From Coleofasciculus chthonoplastes F2-STO-03 (GTDB lineage Bacteria > Cyanobacteriota > Cyanobacteriia > Cyanobacteriales > Coleofasciculaceae), in NCBI GenBank assembly GCA_040222015.1, contig JAVJWO010000193.1, forward strand, positions 81,645 through 145,644: a stretch of 64,000 nt of DNA. The letters are read 5' to 3'. Below, piece after piece: positions 62,284 to 64,000 of the stretch. Position numbers and translations under genes: made by a program. The notes beneath the pieces were generated by a model, which saw nothing but the letters and a program-made list of their open reading frames with translations, ran no database searches and was not told the origin of the DNA. Position 1 is the stretch's first letter. Every line of letters begins with the position of its first letter.

Positions 62284-62994
62284 ATGATAGAACGCAACTT
62301 GGTATCAGCCGCACTTTTGGTGTTAGGATTTACTGTGGCAGAAGGTTTAACTGCAACGGCTAGTGTAGCCGTTGGCAGAGAACCAACTCCGTTGGTGACC
62401 ACTTGGGTTCATGCCACGGAGAATGTAGAACGTAATACTTATAGAAACCTTTTAAACTATCAACGTAGAACATTCACGTCAACCTTACCTTCCCAGACAA
62501 ATTCTTTTCTGCTTACTCAAGGGTTGATCGGGCAATGTCGGGCGGCGGCGCGGTCAATTTTTATCTACGCGGAACGTTCAACCGCTAATCCGATTCGCGC
62601 CTTACAAGCCGATGAACAAGTCATCCTGGCTGAAGCGAGTGGTAGGAATGGTTGGATTGCGATTGGTTCTCCGATTAGTGGATTTGTCCAGGCGAAAGAT
62701 CTCAAGCCTTGCGCGGGGAATCCTGGGACTACACCCCCACCCACACCACCTAACCGTTGTCGCCGAGTAATTTATGAAGAAGATGAAGGGTTAGCGATTC
62801 GGGAAAGTCCCAACACGAATTCAGCGAGAGTGGGTGGCGTCTTCTTTGGCGATCGCGTCACTCTTTCTGAACCACCCCAGTTTAGATTAGATGACGCTGG
62901 ACGTGAATGGGTAAGGATTATCACCCCAACTTCTGGCTGGCTATCGAATGGATTTCCGCAACTGGGTGATATTAATCTTAAAGCGTGTTTCTAG
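62284..62994 (+). CDS. secreted SH3b-domain protein
   Basis: Signal-like N-terminus from ATG 62284; two SH3-like units (GWIAI..PISGFV; LAIRESP...EWVRI..PTSGWL). Confidence 0.75.
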   Translation: MIERNLVSAALLVLGFTVAEGLTATASVAVGREPTPLVTTWVHATENVERNTYRNLLNYQRRTFTSTLPSQTNSFLLTQGLIGQCRAAARSIFIYAERSTANPIRALQADEQVILAEASGRNGWIAIGSPISGFVQAKDLKPCAGNPGTTPPPTPPNRCRRVIYEEDEGLAIRESPNTNSARVGGVFFGDRVTLSEPPQFRLDDAGREWVRIITPTSGWLSNGFPQLGDINLKACF

Positions 62995-63155
62995 TCATTG
63001 GTTGATGGTTCATTGTCATTTATCATTTCATCAGGGCGGGTTTAGTTACTTATGGGTGCTAAGGAAATGATAGTAGTAAAACCCGCCCCTACAAACCATG
63101 CTATTGAGGGAAGCACAGGGTCAAAATACAGACGCGCCATGGCGCGTATCTACAC

Positions 63156-63638
63156 TTATTCGACTCGCTCAACATTTCCCGCCTTGACCCAACCTTCTTC
63201 TTCACTACCAGACAAGCGTACCCTCTGCCATTTTTTATCATCGCTTTCTTTAAGGATGATAATTTCTTGATTGTAGGCTATGCCACCAATGCGATTGGCA
63301 CTGAGACTGGGAGAATCGCGCAGGCTTAATCCTTCGGGCCACGTTACCCGCGCCTCATACGCGCCCGGGGGTAATTCTTCAGGTTCTGGGGATTCACTGG
63401 GAGTGGGACTCGGACTCGGACTGGGTTTTGGCTTCTGGGCAGATTGAGCGGGTTTCTTCGCCGCATCAGGGGATTTAACTGGTGACTTGGCTTGTTGTTC
63501 TTCGGCAAAAATGGGTTTAGCTGGATTGACTGATAATTTTGTGAAAAAGTAATAGGCGACGGCACCACCCCCCGCCAATAATATGGCAATACCTAGAATA
63601 AATCCGATAAAAAACTTGGCAATACCTGATAATCTCAT
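63156..63638 (-). CDS. membrane-anchored SH3b-domain protein
   Basis: N-terminal TM, Pro/Ser linker, GLSLRDSPS...WQRVR...EGWVKAGN. Confidence 0.85.
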   Translation of the reverse strand: MRLSGIAKFFIGFILGIAILLAGGGAVAYYFFTKLSVNPAKPIFAEEQQAKSPVKSPDAAKKPAQSAQKPKPSPSPSPTPSESPEPEELPPGAYEARVTWPEGLSLRDSPSLSANRIGGIAYNQEIIILKESDDKKWQRVRLSGSEEEGWVKAGNVERVE

Positions 63639-63754
63639 AGCGTTTATTATTGTTTATTTGTCATTATTTGTCAAATAGTTATCGCATTCAAATGTTAGTC
63701 ATGGCGGGTTTTGTACAAACGTTACGATCAAGATAAAAAAGAAAGTCCCTAAAC

Positions 63755-64000
63755 CATTGGTGTCAACTTAAGCTCAACCCCTCACCCCCAGCCCCTCTCC
63801 CACGCCGGGGAGAGGGGATGGGGGTGAGGGCAGTTCCCCTTCTCCCGTGCAACGAAAGCGAAGCATCCTCTGTCCTCCCCCATGCAACAAAAGCGAAGCA
63901 TCCTCTGTCCTCCCCCATGCAACAAAAGCGAAGCATCCTCTGTCCTCCCCCATGCAACAAAAGCGAAGCATCCTCTGTACTCCCCCCTCTTGTAGGGGGG
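63755..64000 (+). mobile_element. MITE family B copy running off the window, with four 35-bp tandem repeats
   Basis: CATTGGTGTCAACTTAAG left end; TGCAACAAAAGCGAAGCATCCTCTGTCCTCCCCCA x4 from 63848. Confidence 0.8.

Noticed and set aside
63848..63990. 35-bp repeats (also ~21846-21915 and ~49870-49980) resembling CRISPR repeats
   Set aside because: Head-to-tail with no unique spacers, enclosed in MITE TIRs, and no cas genes nearby

Overview
Chromosomal window from a filamentous cyanobacterium. Evidence: frequent HIP1 GCGATCGC, psbB/psbT, sigC, and dense STRR/REP/MITE repeats. An Oscillatoriales, Coleofasciculus-like host is inferred. Layout: (1) 1-6.6 kb, a glycosyltransferase block with an AT-rich GT-C / polyprenol-P GT2 / GT-C trio. 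(2) 6.6-24 kb, housekeeping genes: psbB-psbT-nrdR-rpsA, hemE, an LD-carboxypeptidase and sigC. A stand-alone IS607-like element encoding a 505-aa RuvC (TnpB-related) protein is inserted at the edge of a pseudoknot-like rpsA leader. (3) 24.5-59.9 kb, a ~35 kb exopolysaccharide locus: seven PAPS-dependent sulfotransferases, two divergent alkaline-phosphatase-superfamily proteins, two acetyltransferases, a methyltransferase, a 2OG-Fe(II) oxygenase, a Wzy-like protein, Wzc, an ABC exporter, rmlACD, WecG/TagA and a PEP-CTERM protein. This is a candidate heavily sulfated sheath/EPS system. (4) 60-64 kb, cell-envelope genes (PG-binding, SH3), a tnpB remnant and an unannotated 58-aa membrane peptide. 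Intergenic DNA holds several nested MITE families, one of which repeatedly sits inside GTAG-type REP palindromes. No CRISPR array, rRNA or tRNA was recognised. All calls come from reading motifs by eye; no searches were run.
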